Source of the DNA: an uncultured Clostridia bacterium
Lineage (GTDB): Bacteria > Bacillota > Clostridia > TANB77 > CAG-508
NCBI GenBank assembly: GCA_944388695.1
Contig: CALXJT010000002.1
Coordinates: 104-64,103 of the forward strand
Length of the DNA stretch: 64,000 bases
Direction of reading: 5' to 3'
In this document: one piece after another, positions 1 through 9,362 of the stretch
Numbering within the stretch: position 1 is the first letter of the stretch
Layout of the letters: every line of letters starts with the position of its first letter
Made by a program: the position numbers and the translations under genes
Notes under the pieces: generated by a model
The model's input: the letters and a program-made list of their open reading frames with translations, nothing else
Told to the model about the DNA's origin: nothing
Databases searched by the model: none

Positions 1-96
1 TATAAGGAGAAAGCATACTAAACTTTCTTTAATAAACTTTCTCCAAAAAATTTTAATAAAAATTCTTGCTGACTTTTAAAATAGACTTCTAGTTGA

Positions 97-594
97 TTAC
101 ATATTCATTGTTCCAACATCTTTACTCCATGTATTTATAACATGTTCTTTTTCTGATTTAGGAACAATTGTCATCCTATATGCTGACATTGGTTTATTAA
201 ATTTATACATAGCTTCTTCTCCGTCACTGGCTGGTTTTAGCCATCCTGTTTCATCTACAAATATTTGATAAATTACTGAAAATTCATCTTTTTCTTTTAA
301 ATCTATTGTTATTCCTGAAATCCCATATAGACATTTTGTTGATAATTCTGGGCTTATTGGATTATTTCCATTTATATCAGCAATATTCTCTCCATTTACT
401 CCGCTTCCTCCTATTTGTAAATATTTTTTATTATTTATTTCTACTAAATTACTGTTTTTGATTGTTGCCCATGAGTTTATGCCTGGATTATAACCATATT
501 TATAGATTTGACCAGTTGTAGTACATCTTGCTTGTGAACCTTCTCCCCAGTGCGTATAGATATGTGCTCTGAATTTAACAAAATCTGTATCCAT
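97..594 (-). CDS. hypothetical protein, distal gene of the SipW/TasA-like operon (called from first ATG; frame stays open upstream to 927)
   Basis: 165-aa ORF from the ATG at 594. The same frame has no stop until TAG at 928-930, adding about 110 codons (…GWSYGYGNNDIAGKEAIKKNPIF…) with no ATG/GTG/TTG. No family recognised. Confidence 0.4.
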   Translation of the reverse strand: MDTDFVKFRAHIYTHWGEGSQARCTTTGQIYKYGYNPGINSWATIKNSNLVEINNKKYLQIGGSGVNGENIADINGNNPISPELSTKCLYGISGITIDLKEKDEFSVIYQIFVDETGWLKPASDGEEAMYKFNKPMSAYRMTIVPKSEKEHVINTWSKDVGTMNM

Positions 595-892
595 GTTTCC
601 TTCTATATTAAACGCTAATGCTTCTGTTTTAAAAATCGGATTTTTCTTTATTGCTTCTTTACCTGCAATATCATTATTTCCATATCCATATGACCATCCA
701 ACATATGAATTATGTGATGCATATGTTATTTTTATATATGTTGCTTTTGTTATATTTATCTTTATTATACTTTCATTTTGTGCATAATCTATTATTGGTA
801 TCTCATATGTAATATTATTTGTGAATTCTTTTTTCCAAATTTTATTTTTTCCATCAGTATCTTCCCAGCCATCTAGTGGTCTTATTTCTTCA

Positions 893-1444
893 TTAACATT
901 TATTATTCCGATTAACTTTTCCTTTTTCTATTTCTTCCTCTATGAATTTCGCATCAGGTTTTATATTATCAATTAAAATTTTAGTTTCTATTTTTAATTC
1001 ATTGCTTTGCCATCCAGCTGTATCTGTTATTGCTCCTTTTTTGATTTCTAAAATTAATAGCCCATTTTCTGAAATTTTATTTAATTCTATTTCATATATT
1101 ATTTCATCATTTTCTCTTTTTAATTCTTTAATCTTTTTATCTTTTAATTCTATAGTTTTATCTCCAACTTTTATTACTATTTCTTTATTTTCTAATGTAT
1201 CATTTCCTATGTTTTTTTCTTTTACTTTTACTTTAATTTTTATTGTATGTGTACTATTTGCGTAATTTTCATATCCTTTATTATTATTTTCTATTCCTAA
1301 TAATTCTATTATTGGCCTTGTCCTATCAATATTTAATGTTGCTATTTCAATTTGTTCTTCACTAATATATTTTGCTTCTACTATTATGCATATGGATAGA
1401 CAAGTTAAAAATATTATAAGTGTAAAAATTATCTTTCTATTCAT
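893..1444 (-). CDS. hypothetical exported protein (N-terminal signal/anchor, Lys/Glu/Ile-rich)
   Basis: The N-terminus MNRKIIFTLIIFLTCLSICIIVEA is signal-peptide-like. The gene is co-oriented with and close to the TasA-like genes. Confidence 0.5.
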   Translation of the reverse strand: MNRKIIFTLIIFLTCLSICIIVEAKYISEEQIEIATLNIDRTRPIIELLGIENNNKGYENYANSTHTIKIKVKVKEKNIGNDTLENKEIVIKVGDKTIELKDKKIKELKRENDEIIYEIELNKISENGLLILEIKKGAITDTAGWQSNELKIETKILIDNIKPDAKFIEEEIEKGKVNRNNKC

Positions 1445-1509
1445 ATTTTTGTTTAATCCAATTAAATTTTATTATTCTTTTTTATAGATTTTGGATTATT
1501 TCTCCTTTC

Positions 1510-2136
1510 CTATATAATTTCTTCTCCTGTTGCAAATATTTCAAATTTATAACTTTCTATTTTCATTGCGTCTTTTGTATCTTGAATATTATTCTTTATG
1601 CTATTTTCATATTCCCAACTCCATTTAATAGATATTGTTTTTTCTTCTCCTTTATTTATTCTCCCTTTTAAATAATTTTCTAACTCTTCTAAATTATTTG
1701 CTTTAATATTAGTATTTTCTATTTCAAATTTTAAATTTTGTGGCTTTTGAGTTTTACTTTTAAATTTAACTTCATATATTGTATTTTGATTTGTTCTTAA
1801 GACTATATTAAATTTTCCAGATACTCCTGGTGCTATTTTTTCATTTATTAAAGTTTTTTCATTTATTGTTTCTGATAAATCTACATCTTTAAAATCTGTA
1901 TTATGATTTTTCATTTCAAATACATAAGTTGCTTTTTCGTACTTTGATATTTTCGAATTTATTATTTCTTTATTTGAACTTGTTTCTGAATTATTGGATT
2001 GTAAGTTTAAGAATTTTAAAAATAATATGTCATCTTGTGCTTTTGATATAAAATCTGTCTTTATTAAGATATAAATGATTATTAGGATTATTAAGAAAAC
2101 TATAAGGATTTTATTTTGTCTTTTTATTTTTATCAC
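1510..2136 (-). CDS. TasA/BsaA-like exported fibre-protein paralogue
   Basis: It has a basic N-terminus followed by a hydrophobic segment. It shares these blocks with 3284-3871: LIN-KIAPG--G-F-I, KPQNL-F, L-GRIN, I-W-W-YE, Y-FEI--TG. Confidence 0.55.
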   Translation of the reverse strand: MIKIKRQNKILIVFLIILIIIYILIKTDFISKAQDDILFLKFLNLQSNNSETSSNKEIINSKISKYEKATYVFEMKNHNTDFKDVDLSETINEKTLINEKIAPGVSGKFNIVLRTNQNTIYEVKFKSKTQKPQNLKFEIENTNIKANNLEELENYLKGRINKGEEKTISIKWSWEYENSIKNNIQDTKDAMKIESYKFEIFATGEEII

Positions 2137-2139
2137 CCC

Positions 2140-2886
2140 TTATATTTCTTTCTGTTCAGAATGAATTTTTATTTGTATTTTTTCTATTATGTCATAAATA
2201 CTGTTACTTTGATTTTTATCATACGATATTTTTAATATGTAATTATCTTCTTGCATTTCATTTGCTTTTAGCTCTAGAATATTTGTCTTTTGATTTTGCA
2301 GTTCTATTTTTTCATTATCTTTATATAGTTCATATTTTATACTTTCATCTGTATTTGATATTATTTCTATTGTGTATTGTATGGGTACTTCTGTAATTTT
2401 ATTTTCTTTATAATTTGTAACTTGAAATGAATATTCTCCACTGTTTTCTGTTGCAGTAATGTTTAATTTTTCATTTGTCTTTAATTCTAATATTGGTTCA
2501 GCTACTTCACCTGTTGTTTGAATTAATGTTTCTGATATAGTTTTACCTATGCTATATCCTGTTAGAAATAACATACATATGATTGCTATAATTATAATAT
2601 ATGTAATTGTTTTTAATTCTTTTTTACTTTTTAATTTATTTTTGTTTTTTATATTGTTTTTGCTTTCTAAATTTTTTCTTTTTTTATTATTTCTTTCTCT
2701 TCTTGATTGTATATTTATTTTATTTATGTTTATATTATCTCTGCTTCTTTTTTCTATGTTTCTTTTATTTATGTTTTTTTGACTAAAGCCTTTTTTATTT
2801 AAATCTATTGAATTGCTTATAAGCATATTCTCTAAACTTTTTTCTGGTAACCTTATTGCTTTAGTATTTTTTCTAAATATATTCAT
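2140..2886 (-). CDS. membrane-anchored protein with Lys/Asn/Arg-rich N-terminus and beta-rich ectodomain
   Basis: About 95 aa of K/N/R-rich low complexity, then one TM (ITYIIIIAIICMLFLTGYSIG), then GEVAEPILELKTNEKLNITATENSGEYSFQVTNY. It lies 3 nt from the next gene. Confidence 0.45.
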   Translation of the reverse strand: MNIFRKNTKAIRLPEKSLENMLISNSIDLNKKGFSQKNINKRNIEKRSRDNININKINIQSRRERNNKKRKNLESKNNIKNKNKLKSKKELKTITYIIIIAIICMLFLTGYSIGKTISETLIQTTGEVAEPILELKTNEKLNITATENSGEYSFQVTNYKENKITEVPIQYTIEIISNTDESIKYELYKDNEKIELQNQKTNILELKANEMQEDNYILKISYDKNQSNSIYDIIEKIQIKIHSEQKEI

Positions 2887-2890
2887 TTTT

Positions 2891-3271
2891 TCACTTCCTA
2901 TCTTTATAAATATATATAACTTTCCCTAATATTTGCTCTTTTTTTATTTGTTCATTGTCTTCAATATTATTATTGTCTCCTTTTGTAATAAATACATTTT
3001 CATATTTTTTTACAATTCTATGAGTAATACAATTATTTTCTTTTGATATATATGTTATAATATCTCCCTCTTCATATTCTTCTTGTTTTTTTATTATTAT
3101 TTTGTCTCCTTTATATAATGTTGGATTCATACTATTAGAAGAAATTTCTAGTATTGATATTCCAAAAGGCTGTATGGTTTTTTCTTGAATAAAAAATTTA
3201 AGAATTAAAATTGTAAGAAAGAAAATTATTGATATTATTAAAAATAAATCACTTCTATATTTTTTTATCAT
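2891..3271 (-). CDS. sipW: signal peptidase I, SipW (archaeal/ER) type
   Basis: N-terminal TM, catalytic Ser box SSNSMNPTL, His box ITHRIV and a KGDNN box. The small size (126 aa) is typical of S26B SipW. It sits immediately downstream of a TasA-like gene. Confidence 0.75.
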   Translation of the reverse strand: MIKKYRSDLFLIISIIFFLTILILKFFIQEKTIQPFGISILEISSNSMNPTLYKGDKIIIKKQEEYEEGDIITYISKENNCITHRIVKKYENVFITKGDNNNIEDNEQIKKEQILGKVIYIYKDRK

Positions 3272-3283
3272 TTTTCCTCTTTT

Positions 3284-3871
3284 CTATTCTGTTGGCACTA
3301 TTTGAGTTCCTGTTACTGATATTTCAAAATTATATGCACTTATTTGTTTTCCATTTTCTGTGTCTATTATATCATTTTTTTGTATTTCATTTTCTGTTTT
3401 TCCTGTCTCATAAGGCCATTCCCATTCTATTGTTTTTGTTATTTTCTTTTCTTCATCATTTGCATTTATTCTTCCTGATAAATCTTCTGTTAATTCTGTT
3501 ATACTATTATATTCTTTATTATTATATTTAAAGATTAAATTTTGAGGTTTATTTTGTTCGTTAATAAATTTTATTTGGTAATCTATACCAACTTCAGCTT
3601 CTGTTCCATCTACAATTATATCAAAACTTCCTTTTGTTCCTGGTGCTATTTTATTATTTATAAGTGTCTGATTATTTATTGTTGATGCTAAATTTATTTT
3701 TTGAATTTTTTCTTCACTATTATTTACTTTAAAACTCCATTTTGCTACATTTGCTGTTCCTTCTCCTTTTACTTCTGTTATATATTTTGAAAATGTTTGT
3801 CCTCCTAAAAATGCTAATAATATACTTGCTAAAATTACAATTGTAGCAATAATCTTCTTTTTTTGATTCAA
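3284..3871 (-). CDS. TasA/BsaA-like exported fibre protein (SipW-type signal peptide)
   Basis: The leader MNQKKKIIATIVILASILLAFLGGQTFSKYITEV resembles the SipW-cognate signal class (…GGT-A-F-D). A KIAPGTKGSFDI block is present. It is the first gene after a consensus promoter. Confidence 0.6.
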   Translation of the reverse strand: MNQKKKIIATIVILASILLAFLGGQTFSKYITEVKGEGTANVAKWSFKVNNSEEKIQKINLASTINNQTLINNKIAPGTKGSFDIIVDGTEAEVGIDYQIKFINEQNKPQNLIFKYNNKEYNSITELTEDLSGRINANDEEKKITKTIEWEWPYETGKTENEIQKNDIIDTENGKQISAYNFEISVTGTQIVPTE

Positions 3872-3988
3872 TAAGATTCCTCCATTCTTTTTTATATTAT
3901 TTTTGGGATTTTTTAGATTTTTAGTAAGATAAAAAATTAATTAAATGATAAAAATTTTGAATTTAAAAAAATATGAAAATGTATTTTT

Positions 3989-4017
3989 ATTATAGTTACA
4001 TAATTTTAATTTGTCAA
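3989..4017 (-). promoter_or_regulatory. sigma-A type promoter of the sipW/tasA-like operon
   Basis: The minus strand reads TTGACA (4017-4012), a 17-nt spacer, then TATAAT (3994-3989). It lies about 115 nt upstream of the ATG at 3871. Confidence 0.6.
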
Positions 4018-4321
4018 TGATTTTTTGGAAAAACTCATCGCAAAATTCGACATAATTTGCAAAATGAGCTTTAAGTTATGTTTAGATGTAAATTGTTTCT
4101 TTATGAGTTATCTTTATAAAAGCTTTATAAAAGATAGCTTTTTAAAACGACTATTTTAAATTTTTATCCAAATGAAATTAATAATCTATTTCTTTAAAAT
4201 TTAACTAATTTATTTCCTTAAATTTGAACTAATTTATCAATTTCATTTGGATATTTCTTCATAACTAAATCTACTATTCAAATAGTTTTAACTTAAGTTC
4301 TCTTTTATAAAATTTTAAAGT

Positions 4322-4720
4322 TTATTTTTGATTTACTGCTATAATTCCTCCCAATATTCCAAATACAATTCCAACTATTATTAGTATGATTGATGTAATG
4401 TTTAAAGCATAATTTCCGCTTAAAATACTTGATATTAAATATAGAATTATCATATATGTTGCTCCTACTATTCCTCCATTTAGGATTCCGTTTTTTTGTA
4501 TTTTATGATTTCCTATTGTGCTTCCTATTAATATACTTATTGCTGTTATTATCATGATAACTGGGGTTATTGTGCTTTCTGGTACATCTGTATATGCTAA
4601 TATAGCTGAAAATATGCAAAGTAATATTAATGTTGTAATTATTGATATTAAAACTCCTTTTATTATGTTTTTGCTTTTATTTATTCCTATTGTAGATATA
4701 TTTTCTATTTTAGATTCCAT
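4322..4720 (-). CDS. small polytopic membrane protein (resembles TIGR04086/YrzE-like family)
   Basis: Several Gly/Ile-rich TM segments are present. I moved the start to the ATG at 4720 (MESKIEN), which follows AAAGGAGG. The longer ORF start at 4753 has no RBS. Confidence 0.5.
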   Translation of the reverse strand: MESKIENISTIGINKSKNIIKGVLISIITTLILLCIFSAILAYTDVPESTITPVIMIITAISILIGSTIGNHKIQKNGILNGGIVGATYMIILYLISSILSGNYALNITSIILIIVGIVFGILGGIIAVNQK

Positions 4721-4847
4721 AGTATTCCTCCTTTTTATTAAATATATGCTCATCCTTTTGATATAGAATTCTATTTTTAGAAATTTTTCAAAAAGTAATA
4801 TCCGTATTTTGCCATCACTTTTGAAATATAGAGGATACTATTTTATT

Positions 4848-4887
4848 GGTTTAGAAAAAACTCGTTAAACATTATTGTTTAACGAGT
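4848..4887 (-). terminator. rho-independent terminator after the tRNA
   Basis: The minus strand reads CTCGTTAAAC-AATAAT-GTTTAACGAG followed by TTTTTTT. Confidence 0.7.
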
Positions 4888-4892
4888 TATAT

Positions 4893-4969
4893 TGGTGCTC
4901 CCTCAAGGATTCGAACCTTGGACCCACCGGTTATGAGCCGGTTGCTCTGACCAACTGAGCTAAGGGAGC
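4893..4969 (-). tRNA. tRNA with CAU anticodon (elongator Met or lysidine-dependent Ile2), CCA encoded
   Basis: A manual cloverleaf fits: acceptor GCTCCCT/AGGGAGC, D stem GCTC/GAGC, anticodon stem ACCGG/CCGGT with loop CT-CAT-AA, and T stem CAAGG/CCTTG with loop TTCGAAT. It is not initiator-like. The anticodon loop context (CTCATAAC) resembles the B. subtilis Ile2 tRNA as I recall it. Confidence 0.9.
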
Positions 4970-4990
4970 GTCTTTTCGCTGACAAGGATA

Positions 4991-5019
4991 AGTATAAACT
5001 ATTTTTAATAAATTGTCAA
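4991..5019 (-). promoter_or_regulatory. sigma-A type promoter for the tRNA
   Basis: The minus strand reads TTGACA (5019-5014), a 17-nt spacer, then TATACT (4996-4991). It lies about 20 nt upstream of the tRNA 5' end. Confidence 0.55.
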
Positions 5020-5440
5020 GCATATTTTTTAATTTTTTTAATTTTTTAATTTTTTACTTAAAATTTATTTTTTTAATTTACCACTTTATTTTAAATAAAT
5101 TTTTATTCTACTTTTTGTAAAAATTCCATATGCATATTACTTATTTTTGTAATTATTTCATACACATATTACTTATTTTTATAATCTTCTATTTGGTGTA
5201 AATACTTATTTGCTTTTAATAATTAGTTTTATATTATAAAAATTAAAATATGATGGAAATTTATTTTAAGGCTTTATAATTGTATTATATTAATTTTACT
5301 ATTAACCACCATATTTTAATTTTTTATATTTAATATCTAATATCTAATATTTTATATCTACCTTTGAATTTTATCATTTTACAATATGTTTAATTTATAC
5401 ATATTTTCTTAAATCTACTTATTCGGTCCATTTATATATT

Positions 5441-5917
5441 TTATAATGAAATTTCTAAAATTTTATATTTCATTTTTCCTGCTGGAGCTTCTACTTCTAC
5501 TGTTTGACCTTTTTTTGCTCCTAATAGAGCTGTTCCTAGTGGTGATTCATTTGATATCTTATTTTCTGCTAAATCTACTTCTGTTGAACCAACTATTATA
5601 TATGTGATTTCTTCATCAAATTCTACATCTAGTACTTTTACTTTATTTCCTATTTGTACTGTGTCTGTGTCTATTTCTTTTTCATCTATAATCTTTGCAT
5701 GTCTTAATTTATTTTCTAATTCTACTATTTTCCCTTCATTTTCAGCTTGGGCTGTTTTTGCTTCATCATATTCAGAGTTTTCAGATAAATCACCAAATCC
5801 TAATGCTACTTTTATTCTATCTGCTATTTCTGCTCTTTTTTCTGTTTTTAAATAATTTAATTCATTTTCTAAATTGTTAAATCCTTCTTGTGTAAGAATT
5901 ACTTCCTTTTCTTCCAT
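5441..5917 (-). CDS. greA: transcription elongation factor GreA
   Basis: [47 protein letters not shown] is the GreA N-terminal coiled-coil signature. The start is set at the ATG at 5917, which lies 8 nt after AAGGAGG. Confidence 0.92.
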   Translation of the reverse strand: MEEKEVILTQEGFNNLENELNYLKTEKRAEIADRIKVALGFGDLSENSEYDEAKTAQAENEGKIVELENKLRHAKIIDEKEIDTDTVQIGNKVKVLDVEFDEEITYIIVGSTEVDLAENKISNESPLGTALLGAKKGQTVEVEAPAGKMKYKILEISL

Positions 5918-5970
5918 TTTCTTTTCCTCCTTTGGCATTTGTGTCTAGTGCCTTAAAAAATTTCTATACT

Positions 5971-5999
5971 ATATTACGGCAGAATTTTTAATTTGTCAA
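5971..5999 (-). promoter_or_regulatory. sigma-A type promoter upstream of greA
   Basis: The minus strand reads TTGACA (5999-5994), a 17-nt spacer, then TAATAT (5976-5971). Confidence 0.5.
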
Positions 6000-6086
6000 G
6001 TTTTTTATCCTATTTTTTATTAAATATTCTATTCGGTAACTAGAAATTACTTTTTTTAATTTTACTTTTCACTTGGCCTAAATATT

Positions 6087-6683
6087 CTATTTTATTTCTA
6101 GAAGTTTTTTACTTCCTTTTAAATAATCATACCCTGAAAATATAGTTGCTATTACTTGTATTATCATTAATCCTGTAACAATTACATTTAGTATAAAGTC
6201 TCCTCCTGATAATGTTCCTTTAAAACATTCCCCAAACGCATTTAGGTCAACTATAGCAAGTACTAATGCTACCATTTGTGTTACTGTTTTTAGTTTTCCC
6301 CATTTTGAAGCAGCTATTACTTCTCCACCTTTTTCTACTGCAATTAATCTATATCCTGATACCGCAAATTCTCTTGCAAGTACTATAATTGGAATCCATG
6401 CTGGTAATCTTCCATCTTCAACTAATAGGAGCATTGCAGATAAAACCAATATTTTATCTGCTATTGGATCTAAAAATTTTCCAAAGTTTGTTACTTGATT
6501 TCTACTTCTAGCTAAATATCCATCTAATTTATCTGTTATTGATGCAATTATAAAGATGATATCTACTATAATCCATGTTATTGGAATTCCATTAAATTCA
6601 TTATTTATTCCTAATAGTGGTATTATTACCATTATTGGTACTAGAATAATTCTAAAAATTGTTAATTTATTTGGTAAATTCAT
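6087..6683 (-). CDS. pgsA: CDP-diacylglycerol--glycerol-3-phosphate 3-phosphatidyltransferase
   Basis: CDP-alcohol phosphatidyltransferase motif DKLDGYLARSRNQVTNFGKFLDPIADK. The protein is polytopic and 198 aa long. Confidence 0.9.
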   Translation of the reverse strand: MNLPNKLTIFRIILVPIMVIIPLLGINNEFNGIPITWIIVDIIFIIASITDKLDGYLARSRNQVTNFGKFLDPIADKILVLSAMLLLVEDGRLPAWIPIIVLAREFAVSGYRLIAVEKGGEVIAASKWGKLKTVTQMVALVLAIVDLNAFGECFKGTLSGGDFILNVIVTGLMIIQVIATIFSGYDYLKGSKKLLEIK

Positions 6684-6707
6684 ATCTCGACTCCTTTTTT
6701 TTATTTT

Positions 6708-7928
6708 TTATTCCATGCTTTTAACTGTTTCTATTGCTTTTTGTAATTGTGTGTCTTGGTCTTCTGGAATATTTAATATGTTTGTTACAGTTTCTGGTAA
6801 CTCAACTGTTACATCTGGTTCAATTCCTACTTCTTGTATTTTGTTATGGTTTGGTGTTTGATATTCTTCTGTTGTTATTTTCAAACCACTTCCATCTGTT
6901 AATGTAAGTATTTCTTGAATTACACCTTTTCCATATGTTTTTGTTCCAACTATTTTTGCTTTTCCATAATCTTTTAGTGCTCCTGCTAATATTTCTGATG
7001 CACTTGCAGTATTTTCATTTGTTATTATTACTATTGGCATATTTATGATTGGGTCGTTTTCTGAATTAATAACTGTTTCTTTTCCGTTTTTATCTACTTC
7101 ATATAATATTGGTTTTCCTTTTTCTATTATTAAGTCTGCGATGTCTGTTGCTTGGTCTACAAGTCCTCCTCCATTATTTCTTAAGTCTATTATTAATGAT
7201 GTTATATTTTGATTTTTCAATTCCTCGTATTTATTTTTAAAATCTTCTGCTGTTGTTTCATCAAATGAAGAAAATTCTATGTAGCCTATGTTATTTTCTA
7301 TTACTTTTCCATTAACTGGGTTTACTTTTATACTTTCCCTTTTTACTTCTAATTCTAAAATTTCTTCTCCTCTTTGAATTTGTAATTTTACTGTTGTTCC
7401 TTCTTCACCTTTTATTTTGTCAGAAACTTTTGACATTTCGTCTTTTGTATAAGTTTCTCCATCTACTGCAATTATTATATCACCTGGTTGTATTCCTGCT
7501 TGTTCTGCTGGTGAATTTTCCATTGGTGTTAAAACTTTTATTTTTCCTAAATCTTCATCTAATACCATGTATATTCCTATTCCTACATAGTTTCCCATTG
7601 TGTCTTGCATATATTCTTCCATTTCATCTTTTGAAATGTATTCTGTATATGGGTCATCTAGTCCTTCTATATATCCTTTTATTGCTCCTTCTTCTAATTT
7701 TTCTTCATCAATATCTCCTAAAAAGTATTCTTCTACTATTCCTCTATATGCTGATAATTTTGTTGCAATATCTTGCTCATCTGCCATTGTGTTTAATACC
7801 ATAGTTTTGCCGTCACCTTTTATTAGATAATTATACCCAACTATTGTTGTTATTAAAAATGTAATAAATGCTGTTAATACAATAATCATTATTGTATTAT
7901 ATACTCTATAACTTCTCTTTTCTTTCAT
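6708..7928 (-). CDS. S41 family C-terminal processing peptidase (CtpA/CtpB-like)
   Basis: N-terminal TM, a PDZ-like segment (PAEQAGIQPGDIIIAVDG), IDLRNNGGGLV and TASASEILAGALKDYGKAKIVGTKTYGKG. Confidence 0.9.
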   Translation of the reverse strand: MKEKRSYRVYNTIMIIVLTAFITFLITTIVGYNYLIKGDGKTMVLNTMADEQDIATKLSAYRGIVEEYFLGDIDEEKLEEGAIKGYIEGLDDPYTEYISKDEMEEYMQDTMGNYVGIGIYMVLDEDLGKIKVLTPMENSPAEQAGIQPGDIIIAVDGETYTKDEMSKVSDKIKGEEGTTVKLQIQRGEEILELEVKRESIKVNPVNGKVIENNIGYIEFSSFDETTAEDFKNKYEELKNQNITSLIIDLRNNGGGLVDQATDIADLIIEKGKPILYEVDKNGKETVINSENDPIINMPIVIITNENTASASEILAGALKDYGKAKIVGTKTYGKGVIQEILTLTDGSGLKITTEEYQTPNHNKIQEVGIEPDVTVELPETVTNILNIPEDQDTQLQKAIETVKSME

Positions 7929-8030
7929 GAAAGTTCTCCTTCTTTCTAGTAGTTTAATCTTGTAAAAATTTCGGGCGGATATTTTCCGCCCCTATTATTC
8001 TATGTTTTTTTATCTTTTATATTCCTTTAT

Positions 8031-9260
8031 CTATGGTAAATATTTTCTTGGATCTACTCTGTTATTATATAGTCCTGGAGATGTTCTAACTTCAAAATGT
8101 AAATGTGGTCCTGTTGAGTTTCCTGAATTTCCTACTCTCATTATTTGTTGCCCTTGTTTTACTCTTTGACCTTCTTTTACTGCTATTGAGCCTGGTTGAC
8201 CATGTGCATATAATGTATATAATCCATTATCATGTTCTATTATTATGTAATTTCCATAACTTGTTGTTAATGCTTCTGCTATTACTACATATCCATCTGC
8301 TACTGCATAAATAGGTTGCCCTGAAATTCCTCCTGATCCAAAATCTACTGCTCCATGATAACTTCCATTTGAGTAGTATAATCCTGTTGTTATTCTAGAA
8401 TATGCACTTGGAACTGGATATATAAATCCTGCTGAACTTGGATTGCTTGGTTCACTACTAGAGCCATTGTTTGAGCCCGAATTATTTGAGTTACCATTAT
8501 TTTTTTCCTCTTCTTCTTGTTTTTTCTTTGCTTCTTCTATTGCTTTTTGTCTTTCTCTTATTTTTTGGTCTATTGAAACATTTGCTTCTCTTAATTCATC
8601 TATTTGAGCTTGTAAATTTTGCTCTTCTTGTGAAAGTTGTGCCACATATTGGTCTTTTTCACTTTTAGCTGTTTTTAATTCTTGTGATACTTTTTCTTTA
8701 TCACTTCTTGCTGATGTTAATTTATTTTTACTTGCTTCTAATTCTACTTTTGCTTGCTCTATTTCTTTCTTTTGATTATCTATTTTTTCAAGTAATTCTA
8801 AATCACATTCAGCTATTTCTGAAATAATATAGTAATTAGAAATAAAGTCAGTAATACTATCTGATGATAGTAACACATCTATATATGAAGTTTCTCCTGC
8901 TTCATATAATGCTACTATTCTTGTGTTTAATGTATCTTGTTGTTCATCATAGTCTTCTTGGGCTTTTTTTAAGTTTGCTTCTTCTTCTTCTATTTTTTTA
9001 TTTGCTTCTTCTATTTGATTATCTAATTCTGCAATTTGACTTTGATATTGTGTTATTTGTTCTGATAATTGATTTACCTCTTCTATTGTTTGATTTTTTT
9101 GTTCTTGTACTTCTTCTTTTTGCTCTTGTGCTTCTGTTATTTTTTCATTATTTTCTTGTTTTTGTGTATCTAAATCACTTTCTGCTTGCGATAATCCTGT
9201 AATCGATAGCATAATTACTATCATAACTATTGATACTATTTTTTTACTCATGTTTTTCAT
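8031..9260 (-). CDS. coiled-coil M23 peptidase (EnvC/PcsB-like murein hydrolase or activator)
   Basis: Signal peptide, a long Q/E/K-rich coiled coil, an S/N-rich linker, and a C-terminal M23 domain (HGAVDFG…YAHG…GNSGNSTGPHLHFEV). Confidence 0.85.
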   Translation of the reverse strand: MKNMSKKIVSIVMIVIMLSITGLSQAESDLDTQKQENNEKITEAQEQKEEVQEQKNQTIEEVNQLSEQITQYQSQIAELDNQIEEANKKIEEEEANLKKAQEDYDEQQDTLNTRIVALYEAGETSYIDVLLSSDSITDFISNYYIISEIAECDLELLEKIDNQKKEIEQAKVELEASKNKLTSARSDKEKVSQELKTAKSEKDQYVAQLSQEEQNLQAQIDELREANVSIDQKIRERQKAIEEAKKKQEEEEKNNGNSNNSGSNNGSSSEPSNPSSAGFIYPVPSAYSRITTGLYYSNGSYHGAVDFGSGGISGQPIYAVADGYVVIAEALTTSYGNYIIIEHDNGLYTLYAHGQPGSIAVKEGQRVKQGQQIMRVGNSGNSTGPHLHFEVRTSPGLYNNRVDPRKYLP

Positions 9261-9362
9261 AAGTTCCTCCTACTTTTTCCTAATCAACTATTTTTTGGTA
9301 TTTCTCTTTGTGATAAAGAATCTTTCCTTGGAATACTTTCCAAGGAAAGTATTATTTAATCA

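Noticed and set aside
1-96. GGAGAAAG…CTTTCTCC inverted repeat at the window start, considered as the terminator of the SipW operon.
   Set aside because: The stem is 8 bp with a ~23-nt loop and there is no clear U-tract. It is too weak to call.
5020-5440. About 420 bp of gene-free, repeat-rich DNA between greA and the tRNA, containing a CATATTACTTATTTTT duplication and ATATCTAAT repeats. Considered as a possible ncRNA or mobile remnant.
   Set aside because: Only short AT-rich direct repeats are present. There is no convincing structure, ORF or terminal inverted repeats. It contains the tRNA promoter, and I could not support anything more.
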